Shown here piece after piece: positions 1-12,092 of a stretch of 64,000 nt of DNA (its first letter is position 1; the number at the start of each line of letters is the position of its first letter). Both the position numbers and the translations under genes were made by a program. The notes beneath the pieces were generated by a model, which saw only the letters and a list, made by a program, of their open reading frames with translations, made no database searches and was not told where the DNA came from. Source of the DNA: Podospora anserina (lineage: Eukaryota); the NCBI GenBank assembly GCA_017654855.1, contig CM030332.1, positions 496,001 through 560,000 of the forward strand, read 5' to 3'.

Positions 1-725
1 CGGATTTCAATAGCTTCAGAGCAGGTTTTCCATCCGCATATTGATATTGGCGCCGATTTTGGGCGTTATGATCGGAGGAGTTTGAAGTGAATTCAATGAA
101 GCGGAAAAGACGCTTGATGCCTGAAACCACTAAAGAAAGTGGAATCAGATCGGTCTCATCATGGCCTTGCATATTTTCACGATTGATGGTAAAAAGAAGC
201 CGCTCAGGGTTTGCTGACAGGTCAGTTCCTGAGTCCCAGCTCTTTGCCATGGTTGACGGGCGGAATTCACTGACAGTAGACGAGCAGGAGAAGGGATGGC
301 AGCCTGGTAGAATGGAATAACTCTTTATTCATGGGCTTTATTGGGCCGGTATTTGTATCTGGTGTTGTTTGCTGAGGATAAGTGAAACTGCCTCACTTAT
401 CCGGGCCTCACTCATCAAGGTGCAGGATCAGGGCGAGGACCCCAAATTCCCCGAATGTAACCCACTTGTAATATAGGTTATCGTGGAATGATTTCAGCCC
501 CCAACTATCACTGCATGCCCTGTAACCTTCTCTTTCGACCTCTACTGACCGAAATGGCATCTTCGTTGCTCACAGTGTTTCGAGGCTAGCTTGTCAAACC
601 AGACAAATACCTTAGGTAGTGTTGTCCGCCTTCGGAGGTAAACTGATCGTTGTACCTCACCTAACCTTGGCCCTTTTTGTGCTGCTATCATTCTCAGAGT
701 CTTCCAGGCTTGGGGATATTCACCT

Positions 726-1801
726 TCATGTCCTGCCCGACACCCATAGCCTCCAGACCACCTTTTTCACCATCGACATTTTCCTCTGCGTTGCCCTCAT
801 CCTTGGCTTCCATTCGACAAAAGTGCGGCTCTCATCGATCCGCTTCTCATAAGCCTGAGCCAATTCGTCCAGGGCTTGCTCTTTAGCGGCCTTTCTCTCC
901 TCTTCCAACTCCGTCTTCGTCTTCAGTTTCACGCGCCTGTCTATAGACCACCTCCATTCATGGGTCTTGATGAAAATCTCCTTTCTGAGCTCCTCGTTGG
1001 CGGGATCTATGAAATCAGTCCTACTGTATGACTTTCGGTTCTCGTAGAAGAAATTGCTGAGGCATGTAGGGCAGCTGAACACATGCATGGTGTGCCCGTG
1101 ATCATTTTCGGCCTCATCTGTAGTTTGGGCCCAGAACCAAGATTCATCAGTCTCCCATTCCGTGTTGTAAAAGCCGCTGTCGCCGTCCTCGTCGCCGTCA
1201 TCGTAGTTGCCAATCCACCTTCAGATCGAATCTCTACGACGGCCCGCGGATACAAGTGGGGGACCTCGTAAAGAATAGGTCCTTCGCTGCAAGTAATCTG
1301 TTAACAACTCTCATTTTTCCGCTGGGGATTAACAAATATACTCACCGCCTGGCAAACTTTACCGGCCTCTGCGCATGGAACGCAAGTGTACTGGACCTCT
1401 GCGGTGTCGAGATCATTCGGGCACTCTAGAACAGTCCCTGTCTGGGCCAGGCGATAGACACATTCTAGACAAGGGGCTCTTGTCATTTGACCATCAATTT
1501 GATGATGAGGTCGAGTCATTCCTTTGGTGAGAGTAACGCTTTCAGAAAGGCTCACAATGACATCGCCATCTTCCTCGACATCGTCGCTGGGTCTGCCGGA
1601 GTCCTTGCCTTCTTTCTGCATTTGTCAAGAGACATTTAGCATAAACAAAGTTTAACACACCTTTCTTTTGTAATTTGATCTGGGAAAAACAGGCGGAGAG
1701 TCCCTGCGGGCTCACTTTCCAAGCAGCGACTCCGACTGCAACTCCGCTTTCACCAGGTCACGATTCCTCTGTTTCTGCTTGGTCTGCACTGTGCGAGCCA
1801 T
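726..1801 (-). CDS. Hypothetical multi-exon protein with Cys cluster (CxxC...CxxC) and charged C-terminus; possibly disrupted
   Basis: ATG at 1801 (MARTVQTKQ), GTGAG donors at 1715 and 1345, segments matching ORFs 1301-1621 and 726-1088. The simplest splice (acceptor 1287) meets an in-frame TGA at 1223-1221, so the model is uncertain. Confidence 0.35.
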
Positions 1802-2103
1802 TGGAGACTGTGGTCTTGTTGCTGAAGGATGTAAGGAGAAACTAGCCAGGTGGTGGCAGAAGTCGATTTGGCAAATTCTACGGAAAACAGCCAAGAGAGG
1901 TTGAGGAATTTGGTGAAAAATAGTTTGAAAAGTCAATGATCAAACGTGGGGTGGTCCCAGAAGCTGCCTGGCTAACAAACAGCTTCACAAAAGGAAAGAG
2001 CGCCCTGTGATTCACGTCATGGACAAATAAAGTAACTACGACACCAGCACGGCCTTGGAGGTAACGGCACACACCACGTTGCTTGAGCGTCTGCTAGAAT
2101 AAA

Positions 2104-5100
2104 CTAAAAGATGGAAATCTCCTCTTCCTGTTCATTGTGTGTAATCCAATCTCCCGGGAGAGACCCAACTCCCACTCTCTCGTATATTCTTCTCCCACCA
2201 CTGTCCGTCCATCCACCAATTCCAACCACCACGAGGACATGGTGCTCAAGGGCCCTGGCAGGCTTATTGCTCTTCGACTTTCGCCTCCCAACAGCCACAA
2301 CTCTCAATTCCTTGGCGTCATCTATCCCGGTAGGTCGCTGCCCAGCATCCCATTTGATCTTCTTCTCAACAACTTTCAACCCTACCACCAGTCTTCGACC
2401 CTTCCCGCTGAGGTTGTTGTCTTGATCTGTGCGCCCGGTATGCCACATGGAACTAGCAGTACTATTCCCTGACCCGCTGGTATCAAGACTCATTTCCCAA
2501 ACCGCAGCTCCCCACGGCGACCGAACGTCATCCTCCAGCCAATGAACTCCCTCGAACGGCAAATCCATGAAACCAATCGCACCCGTGTAAGCCATCCACG
2601 ACCAGCTAGGTGGCACCCTATACCGTCCCAGCCCTTCCTTGGGGAACTCGATCCTCCGCATACCCCCTGGTTCCTCGCAGGTCCAAAGCAAACTCCTCCC
2701 AAAAAAAGGGACTCTGTCAAAGATCCCATACCCCCCTCTCGTGTCGAAAGCGGCCACGAGCCTCTGCTCCAAGCCAGCGATGGCAATAGGGCGGTCGTAT
2801 GCTCTCGTGAATTGCAGTCGGGAATAGGTCTTGTAAAGGGATTCGTACAGGCGGATCTTGCCCCCTTTGCTCGAGGTCAGGGCTACTTGCGGGAAGTTGG
2901 GGTCGCCGAGAAAAGAGGATTGGTTACTTTTAAACAAGAAAGGTTAGTTAGTGTAACAAAGGAAACAATCAAGAGATCCAAGGACGTGCTTTGTCATCTT
3001 TGTAAGTGTTTCACAGCGCACCCCAGCACCGCACTCAAAATATGTCTGTCGTTCGGTGAAATAGATCGTTCGGCGCGCAAGAGCTCTTTCTTGTAGCACC
3101 CAACCACGTTGGTTGAGAGGACCATCGATGACATCTGTCTGGAAGTTGTCAATTGCCTCGCAGACATAGACCATGGCGTTGTTGTCTTCGCTGTCTCCAA
3201 CGTCGCCCTTGCCACTGTTAGCAGACAGATTGAGGGCAACAGACTTTCTTTGTGGGCGTGAAGACAAGAATCCGCTCGAAGTGCCACTGGCACTGCTGGC
3301 CGCAATCACACAATAGGCCAAACTGAACACTGTCTCCATCTTCTGAGCTTCAGTCTCAAAGTCACCCTGTGGGCCTTGAACGATACAGAGAGAGTCAATC
3401 CACAGGTACCGGATCCCAAGAGCTCTGGTCACGGAAACTGCGTCCTTGAACGTCTTAGGAAGGCTACTAATAGCTATCCCGGATGTAAGCCTGGGGCTGA
3501 CGTTGGTGGCGGTGGTGGAGAAATGGTTGTTATGGCGAGAGTCTCCCCACGGGTGTGATAGTGCGATGTACCGTGTGTCTTCTCCTTTGAGACCTAGCGA
3601 AGTTGAGGAACACAGTAAAATTGATTGCTGGCTTGCAGAGCTCCCGACATCGAGAAGTTTGGTAGGGAGAGCCAAACCCTTGTTCGACGGGATTGCTTTG
3701 AGGTAGCAGTCTGGGTGGTTGAGATCGCAATCGTTCAGCCAGTTGGCAAGAAGGGTGAAGTATGCGTCACTGTATGTTGACATCAGGGCTGGCAGTCCGA
3801 TTTGAATCTCGTCAGCTGCGTGCCTGAAACTGGGCGGCGCTCGCAACGGGTACTTTGCTATCAGCCTGTTAGTCAGTGAACTGAAGGAGTATTGCATCTA
3901 GCTAGCATTATTCTTGACTTACTCGGAACAAGACAAAGTGACAGAAAAGGATCAGGCATACGATCCAAAAAAAGATGAGAGCCGATTCTTTGTAATTTTA
4001 CCAAGTCAGTGTCACCTTTGGGCGTTGTTCCTGACTTGGTGATACAAGCATCGAAAACAAGCATGTGTAGCTCGCAATTACGGGACGTCGATTTGATAGT
4101 CGCAAAGCTATCTTGGCAAGGCTCCGGGGAAAGCAGATCTCGACTCGTGCACATTGGGCAAAGTCTCTGGATTGAGTTTGCAGGAAGTGGGTTTGATGCC
4201 AATGACCGGATACAGCGTTGGCGCAAGGCGAATTCATTGTCGACTGGATAGCTCCAAGTCGTAACTAACTGTGATTTGTTAAGCCATGTGCTGAGCCGTG
4301 AAGGGAGCAACTCAGGAGGTTGATCTTACAGGCTACATGAAGCTATCAGCGCTCATCTCCTCCGGCAGAGGCAGTAGCTGGATAAGCCAAAAAAAAAAGG
4401 AAAAAGAAAAAAAAAACTTACGATCTGGCACAGTTGACAGGCCGATGGGTCAATTTAAAGCAGAAATCGCTAGCTTTCTTACAGAATCACTCACATGCTA
4501 CAAATAAGTTCACAGTCAGATACCCGAGACGATTTAGAAATTAGTGTCCAAGGAACATACCGTCTACCCGTTCGAGCCGTGATCCTCGAGGTCAGTGAAA
4601 TCCATGAATCTGCAGATACAAAGGCGACTCACATACTGATGGTCGTCAGCTCTCGACTCTTCTCAACAGTCTTGGTTCTTTTGTATCATGAACCTACTGT
4701 CTAAATGTGTTCAGCGGAGTGAATGATGTGTCAGTTGGTCATCTTCCCAGAGTCATATCGATACTGATACGGTTCACGTACCTCCTAAAGTCCCATCAGC
4801 GGAGTTCTTCATTACAGGACAACCGGGATATCATACAAGATTCGGCTGTGTTTTGGGAAGCTCATCCCCTAGTCGGCTTTTTGCTGCTGTTCTCTTGGGC
4901 TTCATTACTTGGAGGGGTGCTGGTGGTGCAATGTTTGCTCGGTCTTTCCTAAAGCAAAGGTAATCGCCTCCCTGAGACTCATCATGTATGGCCTTTCCCC
5001 AAATAGCTTCCAACTTTTCCTTCAGCTCGCCAGCATCAGCTCGGCATCTGCTAATCTGGCTAGGCACCATGTTTTCACTGGGTAACTCAACAACAAGAAG

Positions 5101-6873
5101 TCTGTCCCTAACAAGTCGAACGATATCTGCGAGTGCCGAACCACCGGCCCGGTTGCATTCTGGATCATTCAAAATCTCAGCGATCCAATGACTCGCAATG
5201 TCACTCACTCGGGCAACATTTCGGTCCACTGTGAAGTAAAGGGTGTCTGTGTGCGGGTTCTCGCGGATTTTATGTTGGTCATAGAAGCTCGCCAACCCAT
5301 CGTTCCCGTACAAAATGATGATGACGAATTCGAGAATAACGCAACCGATAGACCAGATATCGAAGCGGCGTGACCTTGGGAGATGTAGATTGGCGACAGC
5401 TTCGGGAGCCTCGTAATGAGATGTCGTGAATTTCTGGTTTGTCATGTCCTTTCTTCGAGCGGTGGCAAAGACGTGCTGCTTGGCCAGGCCAAGGTCGGCA
5501 ATTTTCAACGTTCCCAGCCAACGGGAATCGTTGGTCTGTGACTGGTTGAACTGTAAAATATTCTCTGGCTTCAGATCGCCATGTCGCCAATGTTCATCGC
5601 TGCTTGCATCGCTCTCCTCGCTCACATAAGATCGGTTAGGGTCTTCGCTTCTAAAAGAAACTTCGTCGTCTGATGGTTCAACGAATCGAACGTGAATCTC
5701 GGGTACATTTCTCGGGGACTTGGATGTATCGGGGGTTGTGATGGGGCTGTAATCTTTTGTTTCCCCCTCTCGCGGTTTGACCGAATGCGGAACAGGTACG
5801 GTCAATCTTTCACCAGCTGCCATACCTGCCAGATCTGCTGCCCGTCGGACCACGTTGCCAGTCTTGGTCCTGTTGTTTGTGCCGTGGAGGGTTGAAAGGG
5901 CACTGACTATGCCGAGAACCTCTTCAATGACTGACATGATTCGATCAGGGTCAAGGTCTTTCGGCTCTGGGCCTTGGTTTTCCCAGAGCTCTCGAAGACT
6001 GCCTCCGTCTGCCCACTCAAACATGATGTAGTGCTCCGGACCACATCGCAAGGCGGCTAATGGGCGGATGAGATGTTTATGATGCAGCTTGTTTATCTCT
6101 TCCAAGGCAGAGGTCTCGTGGTTCCAAGCCGTTTCCACATTGTATCCAGGTTCCGAAGTTAGTGGTTTCAGCTGTTTCAATGCAACCTTGAGCGACTTTC
6201 CGAAGTATCTGTCGTCTTGGTGATGGGCATGGTGAATTTCTGCCTCGTAGACCGTACTGAAATGGCCAATATGAGGCTTCTGGGCTTTCCAGGTGATTGG
6301 GAGCACACATCCTTCCTTCAGCTCGTATGTGAACTTGTCTTTCAGAATAACAGGTGCTGTGAACATTGCTTGGTCCTGAAAGAATCGAAACGATATGTGC
6401 GCCCAGAGTTTGTCATGAAATACGTCCCATGCCTGGTGGTGGGCAACGCGTTGATGGCATGGTAACTTTCCCCCGACGCAGGGTATACGGTCCACCGGGA
6501 GGTGTTCGTCTGTCATGCTGTGTTTCCGGCAACTCTCCATGATAGCCAACAGGTCATTTGGAGAAGCCTCATTGCCAACCACTAGAATAAGAAACAGTGT
6601 CTTTCCGTGACCGCAAACAAAATCAATCACATCAGTCGAAGCCTTTTCTGGAAGCACCAGCCGAATGGTTGCATAGTTGACCAATTTATCGATTTCTGTG
6701 ACTGGGAGGAATTCCTTGCCGCTAGGAAGGGCGCTGGTGACAAAAGACTGTACTAGCCTTCTCCGGAGACTCCTAAGTTCTTCCTCTGGATTGGGCCTCA
6801 CCACAGCGGGTTCCTGGTAAGTTTCAGGGGGAGGTTTTCGACGACGACCAAAGAAGCGCCGCATGGTACCCAT
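2104..6873 (-). CDS. Ser/Thr protein kinase-HET domain fusion protein (~1364 aa, 11 exons incl. seven 3-nt micro-exons)
   Basis: Exons 6873-4837, 4784-4782, 4700-4698, 4635-4633, 4563-4561, 4497-4495, 4424-4422, 4332-4330, 4268-3923, 3857-2990, 2926-2104 all join in frame. Kinase motifs VALK, HGDLKPEN, IADLGL, YEAPE, DIWSIG. HET motifs LPTKLLDV, YIALSHPWG, LPKTFKDAV, YLWIDSLCIVQ, PLNQRGWVLQERALARR, PPSWSWMAY. An upstream in-frame ATG at 6918 is an alternative start. Confidence 0.85.
4269..4836 (-). other. Ladder of 8 phase-0 introns and 7 single-codon micro-exons (GAG ACA TAT ACG CAT ATC CCT = ETYTHIP)
   Basis: On the minus strand, YAG-NNN-GT(A/G) recurs seven times: ttag GAG gtacgt, ttag ACA gtaggt, tcag TAT gtgagt, gtag ACG gtatgt, gtag CAT gtgagt, ccag ATC gtaagt, gtag CCT gtaaga. 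Introns are 52, 81, 62, 69, 63, 70, 89 and 61 nt, with CTGA/TTGAC/TTAAC branch-like motifs. Confidence 0.88.
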
Positions 6874-7987
6874 GTTACAATAACAGAAGGACAGACGGTG
6901 TTTTTGTCGTAAAGACATCTCAACATCCAGAAAGTTTTGCTGCGAGTTGTCGTTGAAATATAGAGTCCCTCGAGGTGCGGGGTATAACCTTCTTGGCCAT
7001 CTTATCTGCTCCTAGGTCAGCAATCGTGACTTGCATATGGCTTGCTTTCTGTGGTTCTAGGGCTGATGAGTGGTTGGGTCTCGGTGATGAGGGGTTCAGC
7101 TTTTCCCCTCTCGTTGGCGCAAGTCCGTATCTGTCCCTGCATCGTGGGCATGCTGTTCGTCAATAATCAGTCAAGCGGGATGAGGAGTCAAAAGTGCAGT
7201 TCTCATGCAGCATAGGTGACCAGCGAGGACGAGGGGAAATGTGATGGATTGCAACAACGCGCATTCGATATGGCGCGGTGCAGTTGGTTGATGACACCCC
7301 GATCTGCCAGCCAGCTGCAATCAGGTGAAAACCTGGGGGAGGGGTCAGCCTTTTGGGTTCCCTCCCGTCCTGATTCCATCATTCCAACCAAAAAGGATTC
7401 CTTATCTCTGAATTCTTGATCGGCCAGAAAGGACGTACCTTATCCCGGGTTTTCATCGCATTCATCCCGTCACGGGGACAAAAAGAGTGTTGCCTAGCTA
7501 GACTAAGTCTCCGATTGCGCTTGGATGCCTTTAGACTTACCGGATCCTGAAGAAATGTCCCGATTCCTGTCCATGGCTCATTCAGGCTATGCCCAATGCC
7601 GACATGCGACTTGCACTGCGTGTTGGTCCCGGGCCCGATTCCTGGTGACCAATAGAGGGCCTCTCACACACCACCTCTTCTCTTCACACACCCTTAGCAC
7701 TTGTTTTACGACTTCGGCACCCCCCAGGCGTCCCTCAGGCATCTCCAAGGCATCCTCCACACCCTTTGAGCGAATATCGAGTCATCCAATATGGTCCGCA
7801 TGGTCCGCCATCATGAAGGGTATGTAGCCTCGTCTTGAGTCTTAAACTGGAAAAGTCCCAGATAAAACTTGCATCAATCAATTCCCTTCGCTTCTGCACT
7901 TTCGTTTACATGCGCTGAATTGCTGCCCCTGGTGCTTTAGCTTGAAGACCCGCCTGTCCGCATTTGCCAAGATCGTCCCAGGGCACC

Positions 7988-9797
7988 ATGTCAGGGCCTC
8001 TTTATAAGTCGCTGAAAGGCAGCCTTATCACGTCAAGCCTTGGCGAACTCCAGTTTCTACCGCGGAGCGTTGTGGAAGCAAAGGTTACCATTGAGAAAAT
8101 CACCCCACATCTCAGTTTTGGATCACGACTTTACACTCTGGTCTCCGAAGATAGCCTGGCCCGTCAGATTCATCAACAGGCAAGGAGAGTGTTTGCTATT
8201 CTTGTCCTTATCGGCAAGCCATCAGCAATCCAGACCTTATTCACGAAGGACGGCCTTATCGATAATCATCTCCCTCTTGAGGTTGTCAAAAATGGAGAGC
8301 ATGATACCATCGTCTCTTCAACCACTCAGAAAACGTTTCCGGCGTTCGACAACTGGGGAGATCCGGCTGCCGTCGACAGCTTTCTCGAGAAGCAATACCT
8401 TGTTCTGGCACCAGTGTTTCACACAGCTGGCCAGGCCCTGAAGTTGAACCGCAGTCATCCCCTACCCTTCGAGGAATGCACATGGAAGGCGAGCGGGAGT
8501 GACGGCGTATCGGTCTATCATGGCAGACTTCATCCTTCCCACCAGTTGCCTCCTTTCACGGTAAGAAGTTCGTTTTGCGGCCCTGTCGCTCTCCTGTACT
8601 AATTGCAAATATTTAATGTAGGCCACCTCGTACGACAGGATCGCTATCAAAGAAATCCCAGACAAGAAAGCCTTCGACCGGGAAAAGGAGAACCTCGACA
8701 GAATCCAATCCTTACACCACAAGCATCTGATACGTCTTCTCGGAAGCTGCGAGAAAGGTTCCGTAAATTACTTCTTCTTCCCTTGGGCAGCTGGTGGTAA
8801 TCTGAGGGACCTTTGGCACCTCCAAGGGGATGGCTCACGCACGAGCTTGTGGACACCGCAGACCATTGCATGGGCTCTCGATCAAATGCTTGGTCTCGTG
8901 GATGCCATCAGAATCCTCCACGACAATGGAATCCGCCATGGGGACATCAAACCCCAGAATATCCTTCACTTTCCTGAAGCCACCCAAGGATCCGGTAAAA
9001 TTGGAGGTAGACTTGTCCTTGCGGATGTCGGAGTGTCCAAGTTTCACCACGAGGCGACGGCACTCAGAAACGAGGCCACAAACACTCGAGATGCGACCAT
9101 ATCTTACGAAGCCCCTGAGGCCACCTCCGAGTTCAGAAACGGAAAACCAAGGCCTCGTCGCTATGACATGTGGTCACTGGGCTGCATGTTTTTGGAGTTT
9201 GTGGTCTGGCTTCAATACGAATTCGAGGCCGTCGAGATGTTTCGCAAACAGCGGATGCCGCGACGAGGAGACCCCAGGACAGCTCCTGGAAACTTCTTCA
9301 CACAGTCCACCACCGACGATGGCCCGGCGACTATTCATTCCAAAGTGACTGATGCAATCGGGCTTCTGCGAGATGACCCTCGCTGCTGCAGTGACGGGGA
9401 CAGCACTACCGCTGTGGAGGATCTCATTACCTTGATTGAGCGAGATCTTTTGCAGATAGATCCTGAAAAGCGCGCCAAAGCACCTGCACTACACAAGAAC
9501 CTCAACCGGATTGTGCAACGGGCGCACCGGGACCCTCAGTACCTCTGCCGACTTGTCAACCCTTCCCCCGAGATTCCCAGGTTCTTCCAAAGGAGTAAGC
9601 GGAGAGATAGCAAAGGAAGTACTAGAAAGCTCTCTTTGTCATCCTCCTCGTCTGTCAGCAGTTATTCGGGCTCTTCATTTACGCCAACCGACACAGGGAG
9701 AAGTCGACGGTCATCGGTTTCATCGGTCTCCAATGTTGGACGAATGTCAAAAATGTCTTTAGGTGACGAGGCCGCGGTGATTGAGGAGGAATCATGA
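7988..9797 (+). CDS. Ser/Thr protein kinase (~582 aa), paralogous to the kinase part of the neighbouring kinase-HET gene, Ser-rich C-tail
   Basis: Exons 7988-8560 and 8622-9797 (intron gtaaga...actaat...tag) join in frame. Motifs IAIK, HHKHLIRLL, FPWAAGGNLRDLW, HGDIKPQN, LADVG, YEAPE, DMWSLG. Confidence 0.9.
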
Positions 9798-10329
9798 TGG
9801 AAAAGAAAGGCCAATATGACAAAAACTGTCTTTTGGTACTCTGCTGTCTTTCTTCACATTTCTGGGATGGAAACGGCGCTCGGGTTGGTCACAGGTTATG
9901 AAAAGGGTCTTGGCTATCTTCTTTATGTTTATTACCAACAAAGCTATTTGTAGGCGACTCACCTACCTAGCTGCCTATTTCTCGGGATAGATCTACCAAT
10001 ACGTTAAAGCTTCAATTCAGGATGTTGTTCATTTCCTCAATCTTCAGGCTGTGGAGTTTCATCACCTAGCCAACGCCTAACCATTGTTTAGTTTACCCCC
10101 TACTCACCCAAATTTGTCCCACCGTGCAAGTTATTTTGTCCACAGTTTGACCGGCTACCTGCATCTGCAGCACTAGCACGCACCTGTCACGTGTTAATCC
10201 CAAGCCCCAAAATTTCTCCTCTAGCGATATCGCTTGTCCAGGGCGCTTCGCCAATCACCACTCACCTTGCCACAAGAAAACCCTAGGTACCTCAGTGACT
10301 GTTTTTGCTAAACTACCGATACGGTAACC

Positions 10330-11361
10330 ATGCGGACCAATCTAGAAATCGTCCAAGAATGCGACAAGTTAGTTGACATCCCCCCAATTTTTGGTTTCAG
10401 CACAACCAATCACTGACATCATACCCCCTTACCTAGCTTCCCCTACCCCAACCTAACCAACAACACCGCCTACACCAAAGCCATTGAACCACTATGGCTC
10501 TTCTTTCTCCCAGACGACCTAGAACCCCACGGCTTACTCATCCAATCAGTAGTCGACCGCATGCCATGGACCCCCTCCTTCCGCCTCATCCCTGAAAGCA
10601 AACAAGTCCACCTTCTCAAATACCCCGGAAGAAAAGATTGGCAAACCGCCTGCAACGAAGCAATCGATGAACTCCTCGATCTTACCCGTGCCAAAAAGGT
10701 TTTTCCCCGCCTAGGCAAGAAAAGAGATGAGAAGTTCCCTATCGTCGGCGCCAAATTCGATATTGGGATCGAAAGGTCAGCGATGAGCTTGTTCGGGATT
10801 ATTGGACAGGGTGCTCACATGACGGTTTACACTCGTACGTCATTGGGGGAGATGAAGTTCTGGATTCCGAGGCGGAATGCCAACAAGTCGACTTATCCCA
10901 ATATGCTGGATCAGGCTGTTGCTGGTGGGGTGGCGCAGGGGGAGACGCCGTTTGAGTGCATCGTTCGTGAGGCGGGGGAGGAGGCCGCGTTGGATGAGGA
11001 GGTGGTGAGGAGGGATGTTGTTGCGGCGGGGACGGTGACGTGGTTCAATGTTTCTGATGAGAAGGCGGGTGGGGAGGTGGGTTTGATGAATCCGGGGGTA
11101 TTGTATGTTTATGATCTGGAGGTTGGGCGAGAGGTGGTTTTCAAGCCGGTGGATGATGATATTCAGGCTTTTCATTTGATGAGTGTGGATGAGGTGAGAG
11201 ATGCGATGAGGAATGGGGAGTTTAAGCCGAGTTGTGCGGCGGTCATGATGGATTTCTTTGTGAGGCATGGGTTTATCACGGCGGAGAATGAAGTGGATTA
11301 TGTTGAGATTGTGTCGAGGCTGCATCGTAAGCTGCCGTTTAGAATCAGCCCTGGTTTTTGA
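10330..11361 (+). CDS. Nudix hydrolase, thiamine-pyrophosphokinase-related (YJR142W-like)
   Basis: Exons 10330-10367 and 10437-11361 join in frame. Motifs IERSAMSLFGI, WIPRR..KSTYPNMLDQAVAGG and Nudix box GETPFECIVREAGEEA. Confidence 0.88.
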
Positions 11362-12092
11362 TTGGGATACTACGAAATCGACAGTCTTCAGGAGCTTGGG
11401 GCACGGATTATGTCTACCAGTCATTTAGTGCCGTTGGTGGTGATTGCTGCTCAATCAGGGCCGCAGCCACCAATCTTCAAGCTCACAGTAGACAGGCTGT
11501 AGAACGTATTTGCACTGCGGACCCCGAGATCATCCCTTCTTTTTCGACCATCTCGCAAATGACGAAGAAAATAGGGCTGATCCGACCAGTCGGTGCCCAA
11601 CCCGATTGGCCGAGGACGATCTTGAAACCTTGTCTTCAAGATCTCAAGCGCTGCAACGGTGCAACTTGGTGTTAGTCATTTTCCAATTAGCGCACATGCA
11701 TGGCGTCGGGGTTGAGACCTCGGTGGATTTGAGGCTGAAAGAGCCGAACCCGGGAAGCGACGACAGTCAGTCTCAGCTCCTTCACAACAACCCATGATTC
11801 CCAGTTGACATCTCAACGCCACTGGGTACCGATTGGCTCGAGTGAGCAAACTATCGATCTCTCTGCCGCAAGCGCCAAAATTAAAGCTGTCAAATTTAGG
11901 GGACTTCCATGCTTCAGGCCCAGAGTGCCGAACCGGCAGATGGAAAACATGAGATGCGTGCCCCTTAGCAACATCTGTAGTATGTAGTTATGTCGCTTCT
12001 TCCCCCTCTTCTCTTTGCGATTCCCCTGAGGTTGCTACGAGCCATTCACTCTTTCAATCATCGGCTCCTTTGATCCCTAATAACGCAAAGCT

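Noticed and set aside
4269-4836. CRISPR-like regularly spaced array
   Set aside because: The periodicity comes from splice signals, not identical direct repeats, and the DNA is eukaryotic.
4831-6918. Kinase and HET ORFs as two independent genes
   Set aside because: The kinase ORF stop lies inside a canonical donor (GTATGA), the HET-side ORF has no ATG near its start, and the gap is fully explained by the intron ladder. A kinase-only isoform remains possible.
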